This document shows positions 23,663 to 36,689 of a DNA stretch of 64,000 nt, one piece after another. How positions within the stretch are numbered: the stretch's first letter is position 1; each line of letters begins with the position of its first letter. The translations under genes and the position numbers were made by a program. The stretch is from Heptranchias perlo (taxonomy: Eukaryota), in contig NC_090338.1 of the NCBI RefSeq assembly GCF_035084215.1, positions 57,226,001 to 57,290,000 on the forward strand. The letters are read 5' to 3'. The notes beneath the pieces were generated by a model, which saw nothing but the letters and a program-made list of their open reading frames with translations, searched no databases and was not told the DNA's origin.

Positions 23663-25186
23663 ACTGCTAAGAGAAGCAAGGGAGGAAATAGTGGAGGCTC
23701 TGACCATAATTTTCCAATCCTCCCTCGCTGCAGGCGTGGTGCCAGAGGATTGGAGGACTGCTAATGTTGTACTGTTGTTTAAAAAGGGAGAAAGAGATAG
23801 GCAGAGTAATCATAGGCCAGTCAGTCTAACCTCGATGGTGGGCAAATTATTGGAATCGATTCTGAGGACAGCATAAATCGTCATTTAGAAAGGCATGGGT
23901 TAATCAAGGACAGTCAGCATGGATTTGTTAAGGGAAATTCGTGTCTGACTAACTTGATTGAATTTTTTGAGCAGGTAACAAGGAGCGATGAGGGTAAAGT
24001 GTTTGGTGTAGTCTACATGGATTTTAGCAAGGCTTTTGATGAGGTACCACATGGCAGAGTGGTCAAAAAAGTAAAAGCTCATGGGATCCAAGAGAAAGTG
24101 ACTAGTTAGATCCAAAATTGGCTCAGTGGCAGGAAGCAAAGGGTAATGGTTGACGGGTGTTTTTGTGACTGGATGGCTGTTTCCAGTGGGGTCCCACAAG
24201 GCTCAGTACTAGGTCCCTTGCTTTGTGTGATATATATTAATGATTTGGACTTGAATGTGGGGGGCTTGATCAAGAAGTTTGCAGATGATACAAAAATTGG
24301 CCATGTGGTTGATAGTGAGGAGGAAAGCTGTGGACTGCAGGAAGATATCAATGGACTGGTCAGATGGGCAGAAAAGTGGCAAATGGAATTCAATCCAGAG
24401 AAGTGGGAGGTAATGCATTTGGGGAGGCAAACAATGCAAGGGAGTACACAATAAATGGGAGAATGCTAAGAGGTGTAGAGGAACAAAGGGACCTTGGAAT
24501 GCATGTCCTCAGATCCCTGAAGGTAACAGGATAGTTAGATAAGGTGGTTCAAAAGGCATACGGGATACTTTCCTTTATTAGCCAAGGCATAGAATATAAA
24601 AGCAGGGAGGTTATGCTAGAACTGTATAAAACACTGGTTAGGCCACAGCTTGAGTACTTGAGTTCTGGTCACCACATTACAGGAAGGATGTAATTGCACT
24701 GGAGAGGGTACAGAGGAGATTTACGAGGATGTTACCAGGGCTGGAGAATTTTAGCTATGAGAGAAGTTTGGATAGGGTGGGGTTGTTTTTTTTGGTACAA
24801 AGCAGGCTGAGGGGAGGTTTAATTGAGGTATATAAAATTATGATGGGACTAGATAGAGTGGATAGGGAGAGCAGAGGAGTCAGTGACCAGGGGGCATAGA
24901 TTTAACGTAATTGATAGAAGGATTAGAGGGGAGCTGAGGAGAATTTTTTTCACCCAGAAGGTGGTGGGGGTCTGGAACTCATTGCCTGAAAGGATGGTAA
25001 AGGCAGAAACCCTCAACTCATTTAAAAAGTACTTGGATGAGCACTTGAAATGCCGTAACCTGCAGGGCTACGGACTAAGTGCTGGAAAGTGGGATTAAGC
25101 TAGGTAACTCTTTTTCGACCGGCACGGACACGATGGGCCAAATGGCCTCCTTCTGTGCCGTAACTTTCATTGATTCTATGATTCTA
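23663..25186 (+). mobile_element. CR1 LINE, 5'-truncated
   Basis: [35 protein letters not shown]; gattctatgattcta tail. Confidence 0.9.
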
Positions 25187-25861
25187 GGTCAGAAGTTGGA
25201 TATTCTGCGATGAGTGACTCACCTGCTGACTCCCCAAAGCCTTTCCATTATCTGCAAGGCACAAGTCAGGAGTGTGATGGAATACTCTCCACTTGCCTGG
25301 ATGAGTGCAGCTCCAACAACACTCAAGAAGCTCGACACCATCCAGGACAAAACAGCCTGCTTGATTGGCACACCATCCACCACTTTAAACATTCACTCCC
25401 TCCACCACCGGCGCACAGTGGCTGCAGTGTGTACCATCCACAGGATGCACTGCAGCAACTCGCCAAAGCTTCTTCGACAGCACCTCCCAAACCCGCGACC
25501 TCTACCACCTGGAAGCACAAGAGCAGCAAGCGCATGGGAACAACACCACCTGCACGTTCCCCTCCAAGTCACACCATCCTGACATGGAATTATATCGCCG
25601 TTCCTTCATTGTCACTGGGTCAAAATCCTGGAACTCCCTACCTAACAGCACTGTGGGAGAACCTTCACCACACGGACTGCAGCGGTTCAAGAAGGTGGCT
25701 CACCACCTCCTTCTCAAGGGCTATTAGGGATGGGCAATAAATGTTGGCCTTGCCATCGATGCCCACATCCCATGAATGAATAATTTAAAAAAAGGGCAGG
25801 AGTCTCAGAACTGGTGTTGTGATCTACAGGATCTGATATGTTTAAATATCTAGATATAGGT

Positions 25862-26295
25862 CAGGCTCAGTTCGCAGCTCTCTAGCTGCTGAATAGAAGC
25901 TCAACCCCCATTCCAGGACTTCACCCATATTCTAGCCCAACACTTCAGCGCAGTACGAAGTGAGTGCTGTATTGTTGGAGCTGCTTTGTTTCAGAATTAA
26001 ACATTAAACCACAGCCCCATCTGGCAGTTCAGAAGCATGTAAAAGATGCCATATTTGAAGAAGAGTCAAGAGTTTTCCTGGTGCCCTGGCCAACATTCTG
26101 CCCTGAACCAACATCACCAAGAAAAAAAACAAATTGACTGATTATTCTTCTCATTTGCTGTTTGCAGGATCTTGCTTTGGGCGATTGCCTATATAGGAAT
26201 AGTGTCTGCACTTCACAAATAATTTGTGGTTCGTAAGCACTCTTGGCTGTCCTCGAAAGGTGATAAGGTGCTATATTAATGGAAGTACTTTCTTT
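25862..26295 (+). mobile_element. Deu-domain SINE (paralogue of 665-1100)
   Basis: Collinear with the 665-1100 copy. Confidence 0.6.
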
Positions 26296-26719
26296 CTAAA
26301 TCATACCAATTTTAAATACTCTTCAGATCATTTTAGCACCAATTCATCATTATTTGATTTCAATGCAGATATTTTAGTATTTTGCAGTGAAATGTCCTCC
26401 GTTACATGGCTACTTTGTCAGTAGGCAGACAGAACCTCCAAGAAAACAGGTGAGATCAATTTACTTTCAGTCTCCGCTGTTTCTGCAGACTTGACTTGAA
26501 GCAGAGTTTCCATCCATCTCTGACAAGGCTGGGGCAAGGACTCCCTAAGACCTGAGTTCCCAGACCTGACTCTGGATGGCGACTCAGCGTATCCGTGGCA
26601 GCTGGTACACCAGGAAATATGTGGTGTACCAACCTCTAAAAAGGCTCAAATGGGCCCCATCAGCGGCGTTATTATGACATGATGTGTGATTTTAAAAAGT
26701 CTCTCTAAAATAACCGCTG

Positions 26720-27468
26720 ATTTGCAGTTTAAAAATCTCTCTAATTTACACACATTCATTGTTTAAAAACCTTTCCAATCTACTCAAACATTTACCGTTT
26801 AAAACCCTCTAATATACTCACACTTACTGTTTAAAAACCTCTAATATCCTCACATTTACTGTTTAAAAATCTCAAAAATATACTCACACATTTGTTGCTT
26901 AAAAACCTCTCTAATATACTCACACTATTGTTTAGAAACCTCTAAGATACTCACATATACTTGTTAAAAACCTCTAATATACTCACACACTTATTGCTTA
27001 AAAATCTCGCCAATATACTCACACATAAACTGTTTAAAAATCTCTAAAATATACTCACACATTTATTATTTAAAAACCTCTCTAATGTACTCACATTTAT
27101 TGTTTAAAAATCTGAAAAATATACTCACACATTTATTATATAGAAATCTTGCTAATGTACTCACATTCATTATATAGAAACCTTTCTAAAATACTCACAT
27201 ATTTATTATTTAAAAATCTCAATTATAATCACGTTTATTGTTTAAACATCTAATATACTCACATTCATTATATAGAAACCTCTCTAATATACTCACACAT
27301 TTATTATTTAATAACCTCTCTAATATACTCACATATTTATTATTTAATAACCTCTCTAATATACTCACACATTTATTATTTAATAACCTCTCTAATATAC
27401 TCACATTTATTGTTTAAAAACCTCTCTAATATACTCACATTTATTATTTAAAAACCTCTCTAATATAC
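26720..27468. repeat. Minisatellite paralogous to 1520-2898, about half the length
   Basis: Same 31-33-bp unit. Confidence 0.93.
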
Positions 27469-27692
27469 CTGCCCATGTACTGTACACATTCGGTGTAACA
27501 AATACAAAAAGCTCTTCTCCATAGAATCTCAGCAGATTCATGATCTGTGTATATCACACTGTACTGCACCACCTTCTGCATCCTGTACATTCATCCTAGC
27601 CCTTGATATTCGACAGAAATATCTACAATAAATCTAGAATCCGTATTTATGTGAGAGAAATACAAGAAATAATTAATATTGATCTGACTTAC

Positions 27693-28040
27693 CCTCCAAA
27701 ACCACGAGATTGAAATTCACTTTCTGATCATTAAACATACCGGCAATATGTACACGGCAGCAATACCAGCCTCTGTCTTCTTCACCAAGATGGTTTACAG
27801 TGAGCGATACATCACCTTCCTCTAATTTATCACCAAGATGGTATTTCGAGGATTTTGTAAAAGTTACAGTTTTCCCGTTTGTTTCAATCAATGGATCAGT
27901 ACAGGCCATTGAAGGGCACTGTCCCCGTCCCCAGCACATTTCAGTTTTACCATTCCTTCCTACATTGTATGTGCACGGCAGTGTGATCGACTGGCCCAGG
28001 ACACCTCGCACTTCTGACCCTGTTACAAAGGTGACTGGAC
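27693..28040 (-). CDS. TIM/HAVCR-family receptor copy B, exon 2 (IgV)
   Basis: Identical to copy A except G>D (base 27830 vs 3260); splice sites intact. Confidence 0.93.
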
Positions 28041-28263
28041 CTGAAACAGTCGAGGTAAAGATAGTAATAATTCAGTATTCATTGCAGTGACGGAGAAAGT
28101 GTACAGAGTATGAAGAGACAGGCACAGTACATAGAAAATCATACCAGTTACCAGCTGGTCTGTATCAGTCACATACAGACACACCTTATGTATTGCATTA
28201 AAATAATTTATATTAACATGATACAATGTAATAAAATTCATTTTTTTAAATTCTGAAACTCAC

Positions 28264-28315
28264 CTAAAAGAACGAGTAGTACTGTCAAATGAGTCACAAC
28301 CCAAGTAACTAACAT
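28264..28315 (-). CDS. TIM copy B exon 1 (signal peptide)
   Basis: Identical to 4184-4235. Confidence 0.88.
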
Positions 28316-28584
28316 TGTGCTGCACACTGCAGACTGGAACTATCTGAGCTGCAGATTCTGCAGAAACCTGTGGTTGGTGAGTTGAACTTGTGATTCTAAT
28401 GTTAGTTCTGTACTGATGTGTGTAGTAAGGGCAACGTACTTCACGTGTACTTCCAGCAGTGTCTAACATCTGTGAAATGAGGCAAGTGTTTATAAGTCAC
28501 ATATTTTCTGCATTGGCGTTACCACCAATTTCTGACCGGCACAAAAGTAAGTTGCATTCCAAATTCCTTTAATGAAAAATATTT

Positions 28585-31500
28585 GGGCTTGGAGTTTTAA
28601 GGGGGAAAGTTGTCAGATTCGCAACACTGAGCCAGCCCTTGGTGACTTTCAATTTTGAATTAATTGTTACTTTATCCCTATCTTCTTGTTCTTTGCAAAG
28701 GAAAAGATCACCTAGAATCAGCAACAACAAAGTGCCATAGGCCCTTAAGTAGGTATGAGGAGGACTACAACTCCTGAGCAGACAGACTGGGGAGGTGATG
28801 GGAGATGGAGAAGTTGGAGGACAGCTGTCAGGTTCAGGTTGGTGATGGGATGGCTCACCTGCAGTACTGTGAGTGGTTACAGTCTTCAGACATTCTGAGT
28901 GTTTGAAAGACCTTGGGGGGTTAAATTGGTTAACCCCCAAAACCGGACGTGGGAGTCGCGGTGCACGGTTAACCCACGCCCGGTCGTTGAGATGCAAGCA
29001 GCACGTGAGATATTGCGCGAGTGGCTAGCGCCATTTAAAGGCAGCCTGCACCTCTTATTTGCAAAATATAAGATACGGATCCGCACGGAGTCTGAACGTA
29101 GATCAGACATCGCACACGTAAAACACAGGTGCAGATCCCGTCCCTATGTTTACAAACTGTTGAGTTATATCAAAACATTGAATAAAGGTTGCGCACTACT
29201 AAATCTCAATCTGCACACCAGACCTCATCAATCTGCCGATCTAAGTTTGTACCAGGCCTGGGAGAGAGCGTGCACCAAGGTTCTCTGATGATGCACTAGA
29301 GGCCTTGGTGCAAGAGGTGGCCAGAAGGAGGGGCATCATATATCCGCAGTGGGGCAAGAGACCCTCCAGACATATGCTTAAAAGGCAGTGGGAGGCAGTA
29401 GGGGATGAAGTCAATGCCGGGCGCACATCATCATGAACATGGATGCAGTGCAGGAAGAAGTTCAATGCTTTGACATGAGTGGTCAAGGTGAGTGAGGTCA
29501 ATTGTCAAGTGGCATCTCCTACCAATTTGCACCACTAGCCGCATCCACTGCTCCACACACTACACCCCCATCACACACATACCAACAAACTCTTTCATTC
29601 AGTACTCAACTCTTCCAATCAGATGCTTCCTCTCACCCTCGCACATTATCACAACTCACAGGTCTCACACACACTGACAGCTATTCAACCATGACAGCCA
29701 CATCACCCAAACATCCTGCAGGACACCCACCGACACATGTCCCGCTTTCTTGCAGGAGAAGGTGGCGCATAACAGGAGGCAGCAAGTGGCGATGGCTCAT
29801 TGGAACATGAACCTGCTGTCCTCTCTCAGAATGACAACATTCCTGTCCCACCCCTGTCACTTTGCCAGTGCCCTTGCTGTTGCCTGTCAGCTAGCCAACC
29901 CACTCCCTGTAGAGTGTTGAAACTTTATTATAGGAACATAGGCAGTTAGGAACAGGAGTCGGCCATTTAGCCCCTTGAGCCTGTTTCGCCATTCAATGAG
30001 ATCATGGCTGATCTGTGACCTAACTCCATATACCCACCTTAAACAAAGGTATTAAAGGATATGGGTTAACAAAAATCTATCAATCTCAGATCTAAAATAA
30101 ACAATTGAGTTAGCATTGACTGCGGTTTGCAGAAGAGAGTTCCAAACTTCTACCACCCTTTGCATGTAGAATCGTTTCCTAACTTCACTCCTGCAAGTCC
30201 TGGCTCTAATTTTTAGGCTATGTCCCCTAGTCCTAGTATTCAAGTATAGGAGACCTCCAAAAACAGGTACAAATGCATCAGCAGCCAAAAGCAATAATCC
30301 AGCAATTAACTTGTAAATCCTGCATGATCTCGTTAAATAGCGCTGGTGGGGGGGTCCTCCATGCTGTCTATGACCTGCTCAGCTGTGCGAGGTTAAGACT
30401 ATGCGTTGGCTGGAGCAAAATAGCAGCGATACCTTGAAATCAGCGTTGCACATTGATCTAGTGCATATTCTCCTTACTTTGCATGCTACCGGCATTCGTT
30501 ATCTGGGCCTTTACCATGATGGCGTCCGGTGCACGCCGCGCTCGAAGCGTGTGCATACATTCCGGACGCCATTTTGAGTCCTTAGGAGGCCACACAGCGC
30601 CTAGAAAATGGGCGCTACACGGCCCAATTTATAGCCCCTTCTCTTATTGCTCAGTAGTTTCTTCTGAATCACAAGTAAGAGTGCACCTTCCTAAAATGAA
30701 TGACCTTTGTGTCCCTCACAGGTCGTGGCCCTTTACAGAAAAAAGAATCTGATGAGCAGCCTAGAAGCCCCAGAGAGCCCATTCCTGCACCTGATTCCTC
30801 GACTCCATCATGGCACCTTACTTATTCAACAACCAGCTCAGGCACACCAATTTGGGAGGATATATCTAGTGACACAGAGATTATATCACAGGGTGAAGCT
30901 CAGAGCGCCAGTGAGCAGGAGGAGCTGGGAGGGAATGATCAGGAATCAGCCATTTCTTCCAGGGATTGGCACAAATAATTGGCCCCAGTCGAAGAGTCCA
31001 GGTGTCAGATGCCCAATCTTCAAAAGAAGTATGATTCGGGAGCACAGATCTCTTGTGCAGGGCATAGAAACCGTCTGCTCTCATGTGCTGCAAATAGTGC
31101 ACGTTAGAGGAGTCCACAACTGCATTTGAAGGAAAGCATGCGGAACACCCTGGCAAATGCAGCAATAAGACATCAGGGGGTGGGTGTAAGGGTGATTGGT
31201 GCTTCTGGAGTGGCAGCCACAACTGCTTCCATAGATTCCCTCAAGTACCCTATATCAGAGCTTGGGACTATTCATTCTGTCCTCATGCAGACCATTAAAG
31301 CCAACTGATTCTTTACCCAGCACAGGTAGGCTGCAAGGACCGGTCACAAATACCACCATTTAACGTGGCTGCGTCAATCCAGCCCCTCTGTCAGCACAGG
31401 TGGGGAGCTTCTGGCCTAGGCCAGGTAGGACTTGAACGCACAAGTGACATGGCACTGGAAGCAGGTCCTGCAAAGACATCAGCATCACTGAAATGAGTAC

Positions 31501-33269
31501 CACCTGTCTTCAAAAGCTCCATCAGTGCACTCCCAGTCACTAACCTCACTACGTCCTGAGAGTGAGGTTGCACCACATAGGAGGTCCGATGTGAAAAGAG
31601 CTTTAGGCACAAGGAGTAGGCACGGAGATAATAAATAGTAATAGGATATAATGAAGGAACAGTCAGGAAATGTGGAAATTTTAGCAGATTGGTGTGTTTA
31701 TAGCTTATACAGGCCTTCAGTCCTCATTTTATTTGTTCATGAAATGCTAAATCTCACATGCTGTTGGTGACATGTTGTCCTGTGCCATCTCCTCTCCTGG
31801 GTGCCTTTGTCATACTGAGGGAATTGATGGACTCTACCTTCTTCCTCTTAATCTTCTGTGGATGGAATGTCCAGTCCCTTCCTAACTGCAAAATAGTGCT
31901 TCATTCAATATGCCATGTTCACTCTTGATACCTTTATGGGTTGTACTATAGGGCTCCTCCCGACCTATCCAGGCAACAGAAGAGGGACTTCAGAATCCTG
32001 ATGGTCTGTTCAATAACGATGAGGATAACGAAGTTATAGCTTCACTGAAAATGTTGTCACTCTTGGTCCTTGGTTGACACAGTAGTGTCATCAGCCATGG
32101 TTGAAGTAATTAACCTTGGTCTCCAAACAACCATCCTGGCACATTGCTCTGGCTGAATAATGCAGGTGTCTTAGATTGCTGGAGAACAAAAGAATTGTGG
32201 CAGCTTCAAGTGTAGCATGATTGACATGCAGAATGATGTTGCTGGCATCACTCACAGGCTGCACATTCACAGAATGAAAACCCATCTTGTTGATGAAATT
32301 CGTGGCATCTTCAGTCAGGGCCTTTAATGCAACATGGGGGGCATCAACGACACCCTGTATTTGGGGAAATCCTGCCACTTAATAAAATTCTGCTGCCCAT
32401 CTCTTCTCTGGTGGGTCCATGGGGAAGGATATGAAATTTGAAGCCTGCCTTAACAGGGCATCCATCTGCTGTTTAGCACAATAGTGCACTGCTGATTGAC
32501 TTATGTGGCTTCTGTCACTTTAGGCTGCCTGGAAACATCTGTTGATATAAAAAGTTAGATCTATTGTTACCTTTAGACCCATTGACAAAGCTGTACCCCT
32601 GGTAGAAGCTGGCTGCAGATCAGGTGCTAACAGCTGGTATAATTCACAGACACAACACAGACTTCTTCTGGAGGAAACCACAGCCTTCTCACATACTGCC
32701 TTCAGAGGAACTCTATCCATGATTTCCTTAGACTGCAGACCCTACGTTTTGGATGGTGCCTACGTACATGTTGCCGGATTCTCAGGGCTTCCTTCCTCAT
32801 CATCCTCTTCCTCAAAGCACAGGAACAATAGAATTCCAAGAGGGAAACCCATTATTTATTCAAAGATTATTCTGCCTTTAAATGCTGATAACTCCATATT
32901 AGAGTGTAAAGGAAGTTTCTTCCAGAGCTCAAACTCCTACAGAAACTCTCTTTGCACTCACTTCTGGCCTTCAGCATTCTTTCCTTCCTCTGGAACATTA
33001 TTCTGCTGATGCTTTCTGGGGGTGTATAGTCAGCACAAAGACAGAGAAATAGCGAGGATACTAAGTCACACCCTCTGCCTTCATCTATATACAGCAGTGT
33101 GAGCTCAGGGCAGGCAGATCAAGGTTATCGTGAGATCAACAAAGGAAAATTGGAGCAGCCCATTCATTTGCATATATCTCACATTTCTGATATTAACTGA
33201 TATTGGTATTCTAATTTAGGATTTATTCACCCATAAGGCAACATTGTTAACTTCCAAACTTCCAGGCTC
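28585..33269. mobile_element. Decayed PIF/Harbinger transposon (DDE transposase on - at ~31900-32800) with a nested Harbinger (~28917-30638, Myb fragment) and a CR1 tail (~29933-30235)
   Basis: AGFPQIQGVVDAPHVAL..FINKMGFHSVNVQ..D (HARBI1-like); imperfect TIRs gggcttggagttt / aaacttccaggctc; absent at the equivalent site of copy A. Confidence 0.75.
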
Positions 33270-34304
33270 ACAAAATTCAAACAGGACAAACTAGTGAATA
33301 AGAAATATAAGCACAAATAGCACTGTGTTGCCCAGGGTTTGTGAGCCAGTTTAATGGGGCTTGGGGCTGACATGTGGCTCTCAGGCATAGTGTGGAGATC
33401 CTTCCCCTAATATGATTTGGACTTTATTTCAAGTAGTACACTGGCTAGTTCCCCCCGATGGCTCAGGCATTAATGCAATAAGTACCTAAATCATACAGAC
33501 CAGAAAGGTTGGAGCTGAGTTAGCTGATCTCCACCTAGGCAATGGTAAGAACTCTAAAATTGGCCGTTGGGATAGAGAAGGGAAAACTAGCCAGTATGTC
33601 CACTCCTAATCGCTAACCAATGATCTTTGCTAGAAGACTGCATGTCTTCCTCAGTTACGTTGCCCTCGGTAATGCAATGGTCTGCCAACACTCACTGTCA
33701 AGGCTTATACATGAATAATGGTCAGTTGGGGAATGAATTTCCTCAGGGCCTCTCCTACTCTTCAGCCGTAACTTAGTCAGAATCCACGTTTACAGGTATA
33801 AACGGGGCAGCTTGGGCCTGTTGATTCGTACCCCTGAAATGAGTCAACACCTTCAGGAGAAAGTGCTTCTACAGACATTAATTGGCTCACTCAAAAACAT
33901 GAATAAGTAGGAAGTCTTAAAGTCTGCACACAAACCGAATGTCACAAACATAACATATAATATTGCATAGTAGAACACAATATGCACACGTACATAACAC
34001 AAGTCAAAGCTTTCAATGTGGGTTGGAAGGGTTAAAGAAACACTTTGTTTCAGATGTTGGCAGCTGAGTATTAAATTAATATTTCATTTTTCTACTATCA
34101 TTAATGAAATACAAAAAAAAATCCAGGTTACAGACCAATGTTTGATAGATTGTTGCATTTGAGGCTCAAAGTCAGCCAATGGATTTGCTGTTGATCTTTT
34201 GCCGGAGGCCGAGGTCTAGACTGATGGCTTCAAAGTCTGCTCACTCAACTTAACTTAAGGGTCCTGCATAAAATGAGAATCAGATTTAGGTACTTTGTTG
34301 GGGC

Positions 34305-34780
34305 AGAGTAAGGGGACCTTCACTCTGCATCTACCTGTACTACATGGGAGTACATGATGACTCTCCAAAGTGGAAACGTTACATTTCCCAGCATTCTCGC
34401 CCCTCCACATGATGAGCAGAAAACAAAATTAACGCATGTTTAAAAATAGTTCTGTCTGGTGATTTCCACTTGCATACTCCATTTCCTTTAATGCTCATGT
34501 ACAATGGAGCAGAAAAGGTAACTTCTGATTGTTTCACCAGCCTTTATTTTGAAGACACTCTAAAGCACTGGATTTTGAAATATCACTACCCAATTAGTAA
34601 AACTTACCTCTTCTACTAATGATTTCAGAATATTTTCATATTGCTGTAGTACTTCTTAAAGCTGCTGTCTGTGACCCACAAAGCAACGTGATGACATCAC
34701 ACATATTGACAACTTTATACCAGGATGAAAGCGATATTGGGCCCATAAGTATCTGAGAGATACAGTGTAAGATTGTATAA
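34305..34780 (+). repeat. Upstream end of the TIM segmental duplication (paralogous to ~5131-5222 + 5830-6250)
   Basis: Collinear unique sequence, e.g. tctgattgtttcaccagcctttattttgaagacactctaaagcactggattttg. Confidence 0.85.
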
Positions 34781-35004
34781 TAGTTCGCCCTGGAGACTCA
34801 GCTGGAGAGTGATTTCATGATTTCATATCAACACTGCACGGGAATAAAAGTGTCTGAGCATCAAACTGGTCCCCCTATGTAATATATCCAATTAATTTGA
34901 TTTCGGTATGAAATAAACATGTCACATGGGAACCTTAATGAGTGTGAGTGCTGGTAACCTGCAGCCAGAGATGACCATTGGAATTCTAGTTTAAACCTAG
35001 TTTA

Positions 35005-35430
35005 AGTGTCAGCTTGGTTCATTGGTAGGTAGCACTCTCAACTCATCCCAAGTCAAACCCTATTCCAGGAACACGAACACATAATCTAGGCTGACAATTC
35101 AGTGCAGTACTGAGGGACTGCTACATTGTCAGAGGTGCCATCGTTTGGATGAAACACCAAACCAAGGCCCTGGCTGCATGTTTAAGTGGAAGTCAAAGAT
35201 TCCATAGCACCCTTCAAAGAGGAATAGACGAATTCTCCCAGTGTCCCAGCCAACATTCCTCCGTCAAACAACATCACCCAAACAAATTAACTGATCATTT
35301 ATCTCAATGCTGTTTGGAGGACCTTTTGGTGTGCAAATTGACTGCTGCATAACAACAGTGATTACACTTCTAAAGTAATTTATTGGCATTGCAGTGCTTT
35401 GCAACATCCTGAGGACATGACAGGTAGTAT
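35005..35430 (+). mobile_element. Deu-domain SINE
   Basis: cagtgcagtactgagggactgctacattgtcagaggtgcc core. Confidence 0.65.
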
Positions 35431-35591
35431 ATAGTATAAATCAGAATAATTATAAATGCTGAAATAAAACAGAAAATCTAAAAAGAGAAAGATGTTCCTC
35501 TTTTAATTCATATTTCATTTTACAACAAATTAACAACACGTAGAAAGATTGCAGGCAATGCTGTGAGACACGTATCTACAAAAGATCAGGA

Positions 35592-35712
35592 CATTCACCC
35601 GACGAAGGAGGAAGCCTCCGAAAGCTTGTGATTTTCAAATAAAATTGTTGGACTATAACTTGGTGTTGTAAGATTGTCAACCCCAGTCCATCACCGGCAT
35701 CTCCACATCATG
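35592..35712 (+). mobile_element. Short PLE remnant with core-mutated hammerhead (CCGACGA)
   Basis: Same terminus and tail as the fold-back element. Confidence 0.7.
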
Positions 35713-36689
35713 GCCTGAAAGTAGGAATAGGTATGCTTTCATGTAGAGAAGAACAGCACAGGTGGATGAATTAGACTTGGATTCACCAATAGACAGCAAA
35801 GTGCATATTGGTGAATCCAGGCCTCATTCATGCACCTCAAAGACAAAGCCTTAAGTCTTAAAAGAGAAATAACTAGGAGGTTTGGTCAAGCAGTGCCTCA
35901 GTACATCTCTCAGTAAAGCTGATGTCCTCACTCTGATAAGGACATGGATGCAAACAGTGAATTACTGGCTGATACTTTTAGCAACTTCATGTACAAACAT
36001 GGGGTTCGCTTCCTCATGTACACTAATGGCACTCAGTCCTACCTCTCCACCACCTCTCTCAGCCCCTCCACTGCCTCTGTGCTGTCAGACTGCTTGTCTG
36101 AAATCAAGTCTTCAAAGACCTGCAATTCCCTCCAGCTAAAAATTTTGAAGACCGAAGCCCTTGTTGTCAGCCTCCACTACAAACTCTGTACCCTTGCCAA
36201 TAACCACTCCACCTCTATCTCCTCTTTTAAGACCCTCCTTAAAATCTAATTCTTTGACCAAGCTTTTAGTCACCATTCCTAATATTTCCTGCTTTGTCTC
36301 AACCTCTATTTTTTTGATCACGCAAAGGCCAAAAAATCAGCGTGCAGTGCCCACACCTGAAAAAGGCATTAGGCCGTTTGCATTTACGAATAAGGGGCCT
36401 AACGCTTGTTTGAAGCCCCAACTGCAAGATTGGTTTGCTCTGAGGCAGCCAGCACCGGCTGCACTCAGGACAATCAGATCTACATTTGGTCTAACAGGCG
36501 TTCCTTAAAGGGATCGCTGCAGACCACCACCAAAAAGGTCAGGTTTTAAAATCTACTTACCTAACTATGAAGGATAGGATAAATAGGGCAGTAACAAAGA
36601 CTTTAAACTAGTAAATGGTGGGGGAGGGCTCAGGTGGCAATGGTAGTATGAATAACAATTCTAAAAACAAATGAAAAGAGAATAGAGTG

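Larger units (their letters stand above)
20089..25792 (+). mobile_element. 5'-truncated copy of the tRNA-headed LINE family, head-to-head with the full-length copy, split by PLE/Harbinger (20711-23509) and CR1 (23663-25186) insertions
   Basis: RT sequence is collinear across both insertions; poly(A) at about 25790. Confidence 0.85.

Noticed and set aside
1-34780. Two TIM copies as a haplotype or assembly artefact
   Set aside because: Private TE insertions, different VNTR lengths and heavy upstream divergence indicate a real duplication.
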